DNA of 64,000 bases from an uncultured Boseongicola sp. (GCA_964194555.1 CAXMMT010000031.1:1338-65337); one strand, 5' to 3'. Shown: positions 45,207 to 55,718, numbered from the stretch's first letter. Translations and numbers: made by a program. The notes: generated from the letters alone by a model not told the origin.

Positions 45207-46600
45207 TCCGCCGCTTCCAATCGTCCGTCCCTGATCTCGGTCACAAAGGCCTCGTAGTCCAATTCGTTCTGACGAGCGTACCTAACCCCAAACTCGCCGA
45301 GGGACCGATCAAAGTTGGATCCAGATCCAAGGTAGGAAGCGATCGCTACCGGGTCTCCAGAGACGGCATGGGCCCTCGCCAGTGTCCAACCGCACACCTT
45401 CGCGTAGCGACCCATCCCCTCCTCATCCATACCAGCGAAAGATAACGACGCTTTCCAATCCTTCAGCTGACGCCAGTAGTAATGACTACCCGAATAATTC
45501 CCCTCGCTCCAACCGAGGAAGATGTCACTCGCCGCCTGCATGAGTCGCTGGCCTTCGACAACTCTCTGACCGCTCGTCGAATACCGGCTTGGCGCCAGGT
45601 GTTCCTCGAGGACCGATCTCCCTGCCTCTTTGACCTGTAGAAGAAGGATGTCATCTCGCCCTCTCCCAACGAGAAGGGCTACGAAACAACGGGTCCCGAC
45701 GCTTCCAACTCCGACAACCTTGAGAGCTAGATCCACCACCTGGTACCGACCCAGAAGATGCTCAACCGCATCGCTGAGACTGCGGCGATACCCGGCGAAG
45801 CTCTCGTTGATCGACTCCTCGACATGCTCGCTGTCAACATTGATAGGCATGCTGCGGAATGGCACCAGTAGTGGCGGGGCACTCCGAAACCTGAGATGTC
45901 CATCCTCGTGCTCGACGAGCTTTTTGGCCGCCCGGAGATGATCCTTCTTTCTCGCCCCGCGGATGAACCTGTCCAGTTGTTTGCGGCGTTTCCGCTTGAC
46001 GTTTTCCTTTTCGGCGCGAACCGCGAGATCATCTAGGGAGAACCGGCTATACCAGGTCTCCAGCCAACCCCTCTTTGCGAACTTCCCCATGATTTCTCTA
46101 TACGAACGGACAGATTCCTCGGCCAACTCTCGTCCGTCATCCTCGTCAAATCCCAGATCTTGCGAAGCGATGACAAGAGACGCAGCGAGTCTCTTGACAT
46201 CCCATTCCCAAGGCCCAGGGAGTGTCTCGTCAAAGTCGTTGAGATCGAAGAGAAGGTCACGCTCGGGCGAGGCGAAGACGCCGAAGTTGGAGAGATGAGC
46301 ATCTCCACACAACTGGACTTCGAGACCAGTGCTCGGAGTGTGTGAGAGATCGTGAGCCATGATCCGGGCTGCCCCTCGATAGAACGTGAATGCAGACTCC
46401 GCCATTCTCACTCTTCGAACCGGGGCCAGAAAAGACAGACGATCCACGTTTTGACCTTCGATCAGGGCTACCGGATCCGGTCTGGTGGCTGAAGAGATCC
46501 AGTCCCCGTGACTGCTGCGTGGAACCTCCTTGCGTAGTGACCGCCCATCTTGGCCGGGAGCGGTTTGGTTGGGATGAGGCACGGCAAGCCAGTTTGGCAC
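45197..46600 (-). CDS. DUF2252-like protein
   Basis: GRSLRKEVPRSSHGDW...RPDPVALIEGQN..RL..L.PVR..RM..S.FTFYRGAA...CGDAHLSNFG...DLNDFDE. Start trimmed to the GTG at 46600 (or 46582), because the track start at 46882 overlaps the CPBP gene. Confidence 0.7.
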   Translation of the reverse strand: MPNWLAVPHPNQTAPGQDGRSLRKEVPRSSHGDWISSATRPDPVALIEGQNVDRLSFLAPVRRVRMAESAFTFYRGAARIMAHDLSHTPSTGLEVQLCGDAHLSNFGVFASPERDLLFDLNDFDETLPGPWEWDVKRLAASLVIASQDLGFDEDDGRELAEESVRSYREIMGKFAKRGWLETWYSRFSLDDLAVRAEKENVKRKRRKQLDRFIRGARKKDHLRAAKKLVEHEDGHLRFRSAPPLLVPFRSMPINVDSEHVEESINESFAGYRRSLSDAVEHLLGRYQVVDLALKVVGVGSVGTRCFVALLVGRGRDDILLLQVKEAGRSVLEEHLAPSRYSTSGQRVVEGQRLMQAASDIFLGWSEGNYSGSHYYWRQLKDWKASLSFAGMDEEGMGRYAKVCGWTLARAHAVSGDPVAIASYLGSGSNFDRSLGEFGVRYARQNELDYEAFVTEIRDGRLEAAEWE

Positions 46601-46629
46601 GCCGAGACATCTGCTGGTTCGAGAATTTG

Positions 46630-47349
46630 CTAGCCGACCGACGAGGTGGGCGATACCTCCAACCGTTGTCGGGCGGCGAGTCGGGCGTAGACGGCCAAAG
46701 TCATGTTGATACCGGCGTGGACGGCTACAGGGACCCAGATCGAGCCGGTTTCCATTCGAAGCCAAACAAGAGCTGCCCCGGCAAGAGACGTTGCCAAGAC
46801 GGTGATTCCGACATGAAAAGCATTTCGTTTCCAATCCGTGCCATGGGCGCGTGCTTGATCGAAACCGGGACCGACATGCCACAAACCAAAGAGAAGAGCA
46901 CCCCCGATCAGAGCGACCGACGGTGGGTAGAGGGCAACTAGCGCTGCATGAAGTACGCCCCGAAAGAAGGCCTCCTCGATGAGAGCGGTCATGACCGGGA
47001 TCCGAACGGCGATCTGCATGAACGCCTGACGTGGGGAGAGCGCGGCGAGTCTCGGGTCGGCCAGTTGTGGTCGAAGCTCAGGGTTCCTCAGCATGTACCC
47101 GCCGATGGCCGACATGACCAGGACCGTGGCAAGGGCCCACGCTGTCACAACCGCCGTATCGGGAGCTCCGAGTCCGATTGTCTCGAAACCGAAGATCCAG
47201 CCGGCACCAAGCGTCAAGACAGCTCCGACCACACCGGTGAGAACGGGCGCAATCAACGTCCGGCGCCGGGCGGGGATCAGCAGATAGACGATCGTCTGAA
47301 AGACGATTGCGTAACCGACAAGCGGTGCGACTGTTGAAACGAGTGTCAT
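46630..47349 (-). CDS. CPBP-family intramembrane glutamic endopeptidase (CAAX protease/Abi)
   Basis: Motifs EEAFFRG, FGLWH and HAGIN within a 7-TM protein. Confidence 0.85.
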   Translation of the reverse strand: MTLVSTVAPLVGYAIVFQTIVYLLIPARRRTLIAPVLTGVVGAVLTLGAGWIFGFETIGLGAPDTAVVTAWALATVLVMSAIGGYMLRNPELRPQLADPRLAALSPRQAFMQIAVRIPVMTALIEEAFFRGVLHAALVALYPPSVALIGGALLFGLWHVGPGFDQARAHGTDWKRNAFHVGITVLATSLAGAALVWLRMETGSIWVPVAVHAGINMTLAVYARLAARQRLEVSPTSSVG

Positions 47350-47483
47350 GGTGAGAAAGAGATAGTTGTGCGCATCCCATTTTGGACGCTACCGGCGTTT
47401 AGTTGGTTCCCCGGCATCGATTGATACCGGAAGTGTGCGCTACCCGTTCCTAACGTGACAAGACCAACTCAGGAAGCCTTTTC

Positions 47484-48167
47484 TTGTCGCCAGAGATATC
47501 CAAACGATGGCAGCGATTCGAGCGATCATCCGACGCCTACGTCGCCGTGACCGTGATGCTCCTATTGCTGATACTCGTCCCAATCGCCCTGTCTCCCAAT
47601 AAGGACTCTTCAGGAATCATTACCGCCATTCTCGCCGGCGGCGCCGCAACACTCTCGATGGCTGCTTCGGAGGCGAAGCCGTGGGCAGTGCGGATCTCAT
47701 GGTTGGCCTGGGTCGTGGTGATACTGGCCTTTGTCGTTCCTGGCAGTCAGGAAGCTGTGGTCGGAGTCGCATCTTTGATACTCGGGGTACTTCTGATCGC
47801 AACGCCCTTCGTGATCGTGAGACGCATTGCCAAACACGACATCATCACCGGCACAACGATGTGGGGAGCGATCGCCGCCTACCTTGCGCTCGGTATCGCC
47901 TTCAGCTTCATCTTCGCCACCATCCATAGCCTGGATCCAGACGCCTTCCAGGCCGTGGCTGGCGGCGGGCTGGGGGAGTTCAACTATTTCAGCTTTGTCA
48001 CCATGACCACAGTCGGATATGGAGACATCACACCCGTGACCGACGTAGCCCGGGCGGTGGTGGTGTTCCAGACGATCATGGGTCAAATCTTCCTCGTTGT
48101 GGTGGTGGCACGGGTCGTCTCGCTGCTCGGCACCGGCCGAACCATGCGATCGTCTCGAGAAGACTGA
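47484..48167 (+). CDS. potassium channel family protein (pore-loop TVGYGD)
   Basis: FSFVTMTTVGYGDITP selectivity filter flanked by TM helices. TTG start. Confidence 0.8.
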   Translation: MSPEISKRWQRFERSSDAYVAVTVMLLLLILVPIALSPNKDSSGIITAILAGGAATLSMAASEAKPWAVRISWLAWVVVILAFVVPGSQEAVVGVASLILGVLLIATPFVIVRRIAKHDIITGTTMWGAIAAYLALGIAFSFIFATIHSLDPDAFQAVAGGGLGEFNYFSFVTMTTVGYGDITPVTDVARAVVVFQTIMGQIFLVVVVARVVSLLGTGRTMRSSRED

Positions 48168-48183
48168 CAAGCCCGCGTCCCAT

Positions 48184-50097
48184 CTACTGGACGACCTCGC
48201 CCACCTTCTCGAAGGGATCGGTGATGACACCAGGCTCCTCGGCCTTGATCCGGGCTGCGCGATCCAACTCACGCGCTATGAGGGTGTCGTGGATCGCCTG
48301 CCGCTGCTCATCAGTGGTCGACGCAAATCCATAAGTCGCCTGAACAAAGTCGGCGGTGTCCCCTCGATAATCGTGACCAAATGACTTGAACTCGCCAGGA
48401 ACTGTGACCATTGCGTTCATCGCATCGATCATGATTTGGATGAAGGAGATAACGGGAGTCCACTTCATCTTCTCGGGGACATTTCGACCCCGTTCGCCAT
48501 CGAGCCACGGCGGTTTCTTGACCGCCAACCGGAGTGACATCGTCGCGATTGGATCATTGTCGTGATCAACGACCACTGCCCTCAGCCTGTCACGTTCCTC
48601 GGGTGACAGGGCTGCGTACTGCTCAAAGCTATCGAAAGCGGCAACGGTCCCTTCCGGCGTCAGTGGGTTTCGACCTTCGCGCATTCCGGCCTTGGACCAG
48701 CGGGCAAGACCGGGCAGGCCAAACCAAAGGGCTTTCGAAATGCCGTAGTGGTCAAATCCCTCGATGCCCTGATGCATGATCACGTCAGAGCTCGACCAGG
48801 CCCCAAGACTCTCACCAAAGACCAGGACCTTGGGACGCTTCTTCTCGTCAACAGTTCGGAGACGTTGTCTGACACCCCACAGAAGTTGTCGGAACTGGGC
48901 TCGACCCAGGGACACACCCTGAACCTCGAGGAATGAGGGTGCCTTCCCATACTGGATGCACACCGTGGCGATGTCACCACGCGCCAGAAGTTCGGCGGAC
49001 TCGATCATGGTGTGATCAACCCAGCCGGTACCGGTTGGCGATACCAGAAGCAGATACTCCCTATCAAAGACACCGAGACGCTCCATCTCGTTGAGAGCCA
49101 ATTCGGATCTGCCCGTGGCATAGATCGGCTCGGAGTCGACACCCACATACGCACGGATGGGGTGAGCCTTGGCAGGCTCACCGAGCGTATCCTCGATGAC
49201 ATCTGGCGATACAACCTCAGTCACATACCGGCGACCCTGGAGACCCAGTTCCTCGAATGGCGAAATGCTGTTCGGGCCGCCGGAGACAAACTCATTACTC
49301 GGTGGCACCGAGAAGTTGGTCTCCATCTTTGCGTTGGCCCGCGATATGCGTCGGACGAGACTGCCATAGAGAACCACCGCCCCCGCACCCCAAAGTGCGC
49401 CGTTGATGGCTCGACCGATCGCCGAGTGACCCGAGCTCTCACCGATGTATCCGACAAGTGAGTCTCGGGATGAGAGGTACCCGCGCCCGACCCATCTACC
49501 GGCAAATGCCAGACCGGTGGCAATGGCTATGGACATAGGCAGCTGAGCCGGTTTGTCATCTTCGGTCCAACGCTGAATGACGGCCTTGCGAGTTTCCAGC
49601 TCCTTACCCCAACGGCTTGCCACATAGCCGAAACCGCCGAGACCGGTGATGATGGGGACAATGGGTGTGTCGATCCTCCCTTGCACCTCGTTGCCTGCTT
49701 CGTGGATGATGCCGCCTATCGCGGCGACACTGACGATCTGCCCAGCACTGCGCAGCATCGCCTTGGATGTGGCTTCGTCATCGGACTCCTGGATTCGAGC
49801 CAGGGTCGCACCTCCGGCCGCGATCACCGCCCGTGACCCGATCCGCCAGGCGAGCGGTGACCCCTTGGGGGCAACACTTCTCGCCAGAACATCGACGCTC
49901 AGACCGATGGCCTCCGCAGCGAGCACCGTCAGACCCGCAGCGATGCCCTGATGGACCGAGGTTCTCGGCATCAAGGATGGCCCAAACGAATCGAGCGCCG
50001 CACCGGCCTTCAGCGGCCCGGCCGGGCCACTGGTGATCGGGTTGAGCCGGTCCGACACCGTGACCGCCACCCTTACAAAGTTCTCTGTGAGGTTCAT
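48184..50097 (-). CDS. membrane-anchored alpha/beta-hydrolase-family protein (Abhydrolase_9-like)
   Basis: The N-terminal 250 aa contain several TM helices. The C-terminal part has VLVFGESLGAWSS, a GxSxG-type nucleophile elbow. Confidence 0.65.
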   Translation of the reverse strand: MNLTENFVRVAVTVSDRLNPITSGPAGPLKAGAALDSFGPSLMPRTSVHQGIAAGLTVLAAEAIGLSVDVLARSVAPKGSPLAWRIGSRAVIAAGGATLARIQESDDEATSKAMLRSAGQIVSVAAIGGIIHEAGNEVQGRIDTPIVPIITGLGGFGYVASRWGKELETRKAVIQRWTEDDKPAQLPMSIAIATGLAFAGRWVGRGYLSSRDSLVGYIGESSGHSAIGRAINGALWGAGAVVLYGSLVRRISRANAKMETNFSVPPSNEFVSGGPNSISPFEELGLQGRRYVTEVVSPDVIEDTLGEPAKAHPIRAYVGVDSEPIYATGRSELALNEMERLGVFDREYLLLVSPTGTGWVDHTMIESAELLARGDIATVCIQYGKAPSFLEVQGVSLGRAQFRQLLWGVRQRLRTVDEKKRPKVLVFGESLGAWSSSDVIMHQGIEGFDHYGISKALWFGLPGLARWSKAGMREGRNPLTPEGTVAAFDSFEQYAALSPEERDRLRAVVVDHDNDPIATMSLRLAVKKPPWLDGERGRNVPEKMKWTPVISFIQIMIDAMNAMVTVPGEFKSFGHDYRGDTADFVQATYGFASTTDEQRQAIHDTLIARELDRAARIKAEEPGVITDPFEKVGEVVQ

Positions 50098-50190
50098 GGC
50101 TGAGAAATCTAGTCAAACACCTCTCGATGAACCGAAATGCGGGTCGAGGCCATGAAACGGTTCACAGAAGAGTGTTTGACTAGGTTCACC
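50091..50190. promoter_or_regulatory. nested inverted repeats and four GGTTCA elements in the hydrolase/arylsulfatase divergent region
   Basis: CTAGTCAAACAC (50109-50120) pairs with GTGTTTGACTAG (50172-50183). An inner pair is TGAACCG (50128-50134) with CGGTTCA (50158-50164). GGTTCA occurs at 50091, 50159 and 50183, and in inverted orientation at 50128. Confidence 0.4.
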
Positions 50191-50224
50191 CTTTGCTCTA
50201 TCCACATCCAACCAGGAGTCGAAG

Positions 50225-52588
50225 ATGACCAGCGAGCGCAGTCGTGATGTTCTACCCGTTCCGGACAAGCCCTATCAGGGACTTCTCACCTACGACGCCA
50301 AAGACCCGGCCTCCAGTTTTCCTCCGATCGCGCCGATTCGTCCCCCGGCCGGGGCGCCCAACGTCCTGATCGTGCTTCTCGACGACGTCGGCTTCGGCGC
50401 CTCGAGCGCATTTGGTGGTCCATGTGAGACTCCGATCGCGGAGCGACTGGCCGGGGAAGGGCTGAAGTACAACAGGTTTCATACGACCGCCCTTTGCTCG
50501 CCCACACGAGCAGCGCTTCTTACCGGACGTAACCACCACTCGGTCGGAATGGGCGGAATCACCGAGCTTGCAACGTCTGCTCCCGGATACACCTCTGTGA
50601 TCCCGAACTCCACTGCCTCACTGGCCGAGATGCTGAAACTCAACGGGTACTCGACGGCACAGTTCGGAAAGTGTCATGAAGTGCCCGTTTGGGAAACGAG
50701 TCCGATGGGTCCGTTTCGACAGTGGCCGACTGGACAGGGTTTCGAGCACTTCTATGGCTTCATCGGGGGCGAGACCAACCAATACGCCCCTGCGATCTAC
50801 AGGGACACCGTCCCGATCGAGCCCGAGCATGGTGACGACGAGGACTACCACTTCGGCGAGGACATGACCGATCACACCATCGACTGGATCCGCCAGCAGA
50901 AGGCTCTGATGCCGGACAAGCCATTCTTTGCCTACTACGCGCCTGGGGCCACCCACGCTCCGCACCATGTGCCCCCCGTCTGGTCGGACAAGTACAAGGG
51001 AAAGTTCGACCAGGGATGGGACGTCGTTCGTGAACAGACTCTGGCCCGACAAAAGGAGCTAGGAGTCATCCCCGACGATGCCGTGCTCACCGAACGGCCC
51101 GAGGAGATCCCGGCTTGGGACGACATGCCCGAGGATCTGAAGCCGGTGCTCGCCAGACAAATGGAGATCTACGCGGGATTTCTCGAGCACACAGATCACC
51201 AGGTGGGCCGTCTCATCGACGCCCTCGAAGACCTCGAGGTCCTGGATGACACGTTGGTTTTCTACATAATCGGAGACAACGGAGCATCGGCGGAGGGGAC
51301 CATCAACGGCACCTTCAACGAGATGCTCAGCCTCAACGGTGCATTTGACATAGAGACCCCCGAGTTCATGGCCGCGCGCATCGATGACTTTGGTGGCCCC
51401 GAGGCGTACAACCACTTCGCCGTGGGTTGGGCGCATGCGATGGATACGCCATATCAATGGACTAAGCAGGTGGCTTCGCATTGGGGGGGCACACGCAACG
51501 GCACGGTCGTCCACTGGCCAAACGGATTCAGCAGTCGCGGGGAGATCCGCAGCCAATTCCACCATGTTATCGACGTCGCGGCCACGGTCATGGAAGCAGC
51601 CGGGCTACCACACCCGACTTTCGTCAACGGTGTCCAGCAGGAGGCTCTCCAAGGCACCAGCATGGCCTACAGCTTTGACGATGAGGACGCCGACGATGTG
51701 CGGACGACCCAGTACTTCGAGATGTTCGTCAACCGAGGCATCTATCACGAGGGTTGGACAGCGGTGACCCGACACAGCACACCCTGGGTCCTGGGCGAGG
51801 AGTTGCCGCCAATCGCCGGAGATGTATGGGAACTCTACGGACCCGACGATTGGACCCAGTCGAACAACCTCGCCGATCAGATGCCCGAGAAGCTGGAAGA
51901 GCTCCAGAGGCTGTTTCTGATCGAGGCAGCCCGATACCAGGTGCTACCACTAGATGATCGACGTGTCGAGAGATTCAACTCGGATATGGCGGGGAGACCG
52001 CTTCTCATCCACGGAAACAGCCAGTTGCTCTTCGGAGGGATGGGTCGACTCCCCGAGAACACTGTCTTGAACATCAAGAACAAGAGCCACGCGGTTACAG
52101 CTCAGATCGCGGTCCCGGTCGACGGAGGTGACGGTGTTCTCGTCGCTCAAGGCGGACAGTTCGGCGGCTGGGTTCTCTACGTATACGAAGGCAAACCTGT
52201 CTATTGCTACAACTTGTTCGGTGCCCAGCGCTTCAAGGTATATGGGAACACGACCCTCGATGCCGGTGAGCATCAGGTTCGAGCCGAGTTCGACTACGAC
52301 GGGGGTGGCCTTGGCAAGGGAGGGACAATCACTCTCTACATCGACGGTGAGGCCGTCGGCGAAGGTCGGGTAGAAGGCACTCAGCCGATGTTGTTCTCCG
52401 CCGATGAGACCACCGACGTAGGCCACGACACCGCCACGTCTGTCACCGACGACTTCGCTTCTTCGGCTGAAACTCGCTATCCGGGTCGAGTGCGGTGGGT
52501 TCAGATCGATCTCGGTGAGGATGCCGAGGATGCCGACCACTTCATAACCCCCGAAGAGCGACTGCGCATCGCCATGGCCATCCAGTAG
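50225..52588 (+). CDS. arylsulfatase (Cys-type, formylglycine-dependent)
   Basis: NVLIVLLDDVGFG and the CSPTRAALLTGRNHH signature (C-x-P-x-R). 787 aa. Confidence 0.9.
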   Translation: MTSERSRDVLPVPDKPYQGLLTYDAKDPASSFPPIAPIRPPAGAPNVLIVLLDDVGFGASSAFGGPCETPIAERLAGEGLKYNRFHTTALCSPTRAALLTGRNHHSVGMGGITELATSAPGYTSVIPNSTASLAEMLKLNGYSTAQFGKCHEVPVWETSPMGPFRQWPTGQGFEHFYGFIGGETNQYAPAIYRDTVPIEPEHGDDEDYHFGEDMTDHTIDWIRQQKALMPDKPFFAYYAPGATHAPHHVPPVWSDKYKGKFDQGWDVVREQTLARQKELGVIPDDAVLTERPEEIPAWDDMPEDLKPVLARQMEIYAGFLEHTDHQVGRLIDALEDLEVLDDTLVFYIIGDNGASAEGTINGTFNEMLSLNGAFDIETPEFMAARIDDFGGPEAYNHFAVGWAHAMDTPYQWTKQVASHWGGTRNGTVVHWPNGFSSRGEIRSQFHHVIDVAATVMEAAGLPHPTFVNGVQQEALQGTSMAYSFDDEDADDVRTTQYFEMFVNRGIYHEGWTAVTRHSTPWVLGEELPPIAGDVWELYGPDDWTQSNNLADQMPEKLEELQRLFLIEAARYQVLPLDDRRVERFNSDMAGRPLLIHGNSQLLFGGMGRLPENTVLNIKNKSHAVTAQIAVPVDGGDGVLVAQGGQFGGWVLYVYEGKPVYCYNLFGAQRFKVYGNTTLDAGEHQVRAEFDYDGGGLGKGGTITLYIDGEAVGEGRVEGTQPMLFSADETTDVGHDTATSVTDDFASSAETRYPGRVRWVQIDLGEDAEDADHFITPEERLRIAMAIQ

Positions 52589-52662
52589 CCGCGTCCTCAA
52601 GCATGACGAGTGCCCCTTGGGAGAGCGTCTGATCTGATCGGCTCTCTCAACGTGTCCCCGCT

Positions 52663-53835
52663 TTGGCTCTTGCAGTAGCAATCTCGCTGGTTGTCATCCT
52701 CGTGGTGCTTGTGCACCTCGTCGGCGGATGGCTCTACGCCAACGGGTTTCGGAGGAGCGCGCTACGCGTCCAACCTCCGAAGCGCACTTTTGGAGTCTGG
52801 GTTCGCTCTGTCGACAAGAGACAGATCACACTCACCGCCGGCGAACCCCGGCAGGACATCGGACACCCGGGGACTCTTGGTCTCTTCTGGAAAGGCGGGT
52901 ACGGACAGGTCGGATCGGTGATCGGGGTCGAGGGTATGGATGTAACCCGGAGGTACACCCAGATCGAGGGTGATACACCCCCGATATGTCAGGACGGGAC
53001 ACTGGAGAGCTGCGCGCCGGTGGATCTGGAGGGCTACGCCTATCCATCCGACCCGTCCGACGTCGATCTCGAGTTCGAAGAGACCACATACAACAGCCCG
53101 CTCGGACCTATCGAAGCGTGGGTCATTCCCGCTGACGATGCTGGCGCGTGGGCAATCCACATCCACGGTTGGACAGCCGAAAGAAGGGAGGCGATTCGTC
53201 TGCTGCCAACCATTCACTCAGCCGGTATTACCTCGATGGTCATCGACTATCGCAACGACCCCGGGGCGCCTCGTGACCCGAGTGGCCACTACCGGTTCGG
53301 CCAAACCGAGTGGGAAGACGTCGAAGGGGCTATTCGATATGCGGCCGACCACGGTGCCATGAACATCATCCTGATCGGCTACAGCACAGGTTCCGCCCAC
53401 GCCATGGCATTCCTGGAACATTCGGAGCTGGCAGTACGGGTCATCGGCGTGGTACTCGACTCGCCGAACATCCTCCTCGCCGAGGCGGTGCGCCACGGAT
53501 CTCAGGATCTGCGCTTCTCGGGCACCAACATCAAGATCAGTCGCCTGGTCACCGAGTTCGGCATGTGGATCGCCGATCTCCGCTGGAAGATCGACTGGGA
53601 AGCTACCAACTACGTGCAGAGGGCAGCCACCATTCTGACGGTGCCGACGCTGGTCTTTCACGGCACGTCGGACCACCGGGTGCCGATCTCAGTGAGTCGC
53701 CAACTCGAATCGCTTGCCAAAGAGGTCGTGACACTCGTGGAGAGCCGCGCGGCGGGTCATGTGATGAGTTGGAACGCCGACCCGGAACGCTATGAGAGGT
53801 ATCTGGGAAACTTCTTGGGAGCGATTCAGAATTGA
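52663..53835 (+). CDS. membrane-anchored alpha/beta hydrolase
   Basis: N-terminal TM helix, nucleophile elbow GYSTGSA and a later HGTSDH motif. TTG start. Confidence 0.7.
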   Translation: MALAVAISLVVILVVLVHLVGGWLYANGFRRSALRVQPPKRTFGVWVRSVDKRQITLTAGEPRQDIGHPGTLGLFWKGGYGQVGSVIGVEGMDVTRRYTQIEGDTPPICQDGTLESCAPVDLEGYAYPSDPSDVDLEFEETTYNSPLGPIEAWVIPADDAGAWAIHIHGWTAERREAIRLLPTIHSAGITSMVIDYRNDPGAPRDPSGHYRFGQTEWEDVEGAIRYAADHGAMNIILIGYSTGSAHAMAFLEHSELAVRVIGVVLDSPNILLAEAVRHGSQDLRFSGTNIKISRLVTEFGMWIADLRWKIDWEATNYVQRAATILTVPTLVFHGTSDHRVPISVSRQLESLAKEVVTLVESRAAGHVMSWNADPERYERYLGNFLGAIQN

Positions 53836-54803
53836 ACAGCCGCCGCTGCCCAATGAAATCCGGCGCCGAACGCGGTCAGGACAACCAGATCACCCTTCTC
53901 GATTGTGCCGTTGCCAACGGCCTCCCACATGGCCAGGGGGACGGTCGCTGAGCCGGTGTTGCCGTACTCGTCGACGTTGACATAGATCCTGTCCTCATCG
54001 AGTCCCATCCTCTTGCGGACGGCGTCGATGATTCGCAGATTCGCCTGATGCGGGATCACCAGAGCGACATCGGAGACTGACTTGCCTATTCGTTGAAGAA
54101 CCTCCGCAGAGGCTTCACTCATCCGTCGCACAGCCTCGACGAAGACCTTGCGCCCATCCATTATCAGACGGTTGTAGTCGCCATTCAGCAACGTCTTCTC
54201 GTTGAAGGGATTGCGTGTTCCCCCCGCCGCGAGTGTGAGAATCTCCGCACTTCCCCCATCGGTGCCTGAGACCACGTCGAGAACCTCGGCGCGGCCAGGT
54301 TCGGGCCCCATGATCACGGCGCCCGCGGCGTCCCCGAAAAGGGGCGCGGTGTTTCGGTCCTTAGGCGAGATCATCCTCGAGATCAGCTCGACACCGATCA
54401 CAAGGACGTTCTTGGGAGATACCGCAATCCGGCTTCGTGCCACGTCGACGGCCTGGACAAACCCTGCGCAGCCGCTTCCGCCGAGGTCGTAAGTGGGAAT
54501 GGCGCGACAGCCGAGTTGATGCTGGACCAGGGCCGACGTGTCAGGGGTCATCATCTCCGGCGTGTCGGTGGCCAGGATGATCTCGTCGATGTCATCTGCC
54601 ACGAGGCCGGAGTCCTTCAGAGCGCTCTCTGCAGCCGCCACCGACATGGTCATCGTCGATTCGTCATCGGCTGCCATCCGGCGGCGTTTGATGCCGGTTC
54701 GCTGGATGATCCACTCGTCGGAAGTATCAACCAGCTCGGCCCAGTACTCGTTTGTGACTACCCGCTCCGGGGTATAGGCCCCAAATCCCATGAAGTGCGC
54801 CAT
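53826..54803 (-). CDS. fabH: 3-oxoacyl-ACP synthase III
   Basis: TNEYWAELVDTSDEWIIQRTGIKRRR, active-site Cys in GGSGCAGF, HQAN and GNTGSAT motifs. Its 3' end overlaps the convergent hydrolase gene by 10 nt. Confidence 0.9.
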   Translation of the reverse strand: MAHFMGFGAYTPERVVTNEYWAELVDTSDEWIIQRTGIKRRRMAADDESTMTMSVAAAESALKDSGLVADDIDEIILATDTPEMMTPDTSALVQHQLGCRAIPTYDLGGSGCAGFVQAVDVARSRIAVSPKNVLVIGVELISRMISPKDRNTAPLFGDAAGAVIMGPEPGRAEVLDVVSGTDGGSAEILTLAAGGTRNPFNEKTLLNGDYNRLIMDGRKVFVEAVRRMSEASAEVLQRIGKSVSDVALVIPHQANLRIIDAVRKRMGLDEDRIYVNVDEYGNTGSATVPLAMWEAVGNGTIEKGDLVVLTAFGAGFHWAAAAVQF

Positions 54804-54845
54804 ACGAAGTGTGACCTTAGGTGACCGATTCCGGTTACGGCTCGG

Positions 54846-55718
54846 TCAACTTGCTGGCGCGTCTGACGAAGTCGGCAGGGTTTGCTCATGCTTCTTCTTC
54901 ATGATCTCCACTCCGTAGAGAAGAATCAGCGCCGAGTAGTAGATGAACACCAGCCCGAGAAAGACTGATCCAGCAGCCCCCGCCGCCGATTGGAACGTGT
55001 ATGCGGCCACATAGAGCCCATAGGCCCAGGCGCCTATCGATAGCATTGTCATCGCGACAATCGACGGCAGCCAGACAGAGTTCCAGGCGATGTGCTCTTC
55101 CGGGGTGTACTTGTAGAGGATCGCGATGAACAGGGCACCGAGGGCGAGCGGCACCAGCGAACCGGTGGTTTTGATCAGGATGTCGGCGATCAAGCTCCCA
55201 AACACACGATCGAGCATTCCTATCACCGCCTCGGCTAGCAAAGTGAGAGTGAGCAAGGCGCCGGCACCAAAGACGGCGAGCACTCCAAATAGCCTCCGCT
55301 GAAGAGTTCCTCTAGCCCCACCCACCCAGGGGGCGTCCCAAATAATGTCCACTACGTCCTTCCAGGCAACGAACAACAGCGTGGCAGTGAACAGAAGGAC
55401 ACCAAGTGTGACCAGGGACACGACTACTCCCGTGTCAACCAGTTGTAGCTGCTCAAAGGCATAAATGAGCGAGGTCGCCAAATCATCCCCCAAGACGTCG
55501 GCGATCAGTTTCTCCACCTCGGCAGTCACGGCATCCTGGCCAAAGAAGATCGATGCCAGGGAGATTGCCAAGAAAATGACAGGGATCAACGCGAAGAGGC
55601 TGTAGTAGGCGACCGCAGCGCCGAGTCGAATGACCCGGTCGTCGATCCATGATCGCGCAGAAGTGAGGAGCAGATTTGCGGTTCTCACCACCGGTCCTTC
55701 GCCTGTCAGGGTTCTCAC
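54846..55718 (-). CDS. YihY/BrkB-family membrane protein
   Basis: RLGAAVAYYSLFALIPVIFL and 6 TM helices. The GTG at 55718 forms a GTGA overlap with the upstream gene's stop; the track start is 55742. Confidence 0.8.
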   Translation of the reverse strand: MRTLTGEGPVVRTANLLLTSARSWIDDRVIRLGAAVAYYSLFALIPVIFLAISLASIFFGQDAVTAEVEKLIADVLGDDLATSLIYAFEQLQLVDTGVVVSLVTLGVLLFTATLLFVAWKDVVDIIWDAPWVGGARGTLQRRLFGVLAVFGAGALLTLTLLAEAVIGMLDRVFGSLIADILIKTTGSLVPLALGALFIAILYKYTPEEHIAWNSVWLPSIVAMTMLSIGAWAYGLYVAAYTFQSAAGAAGSVFLGLVFIYYSALILLYGVEIMKKKHEQTLPTSSDAPAS

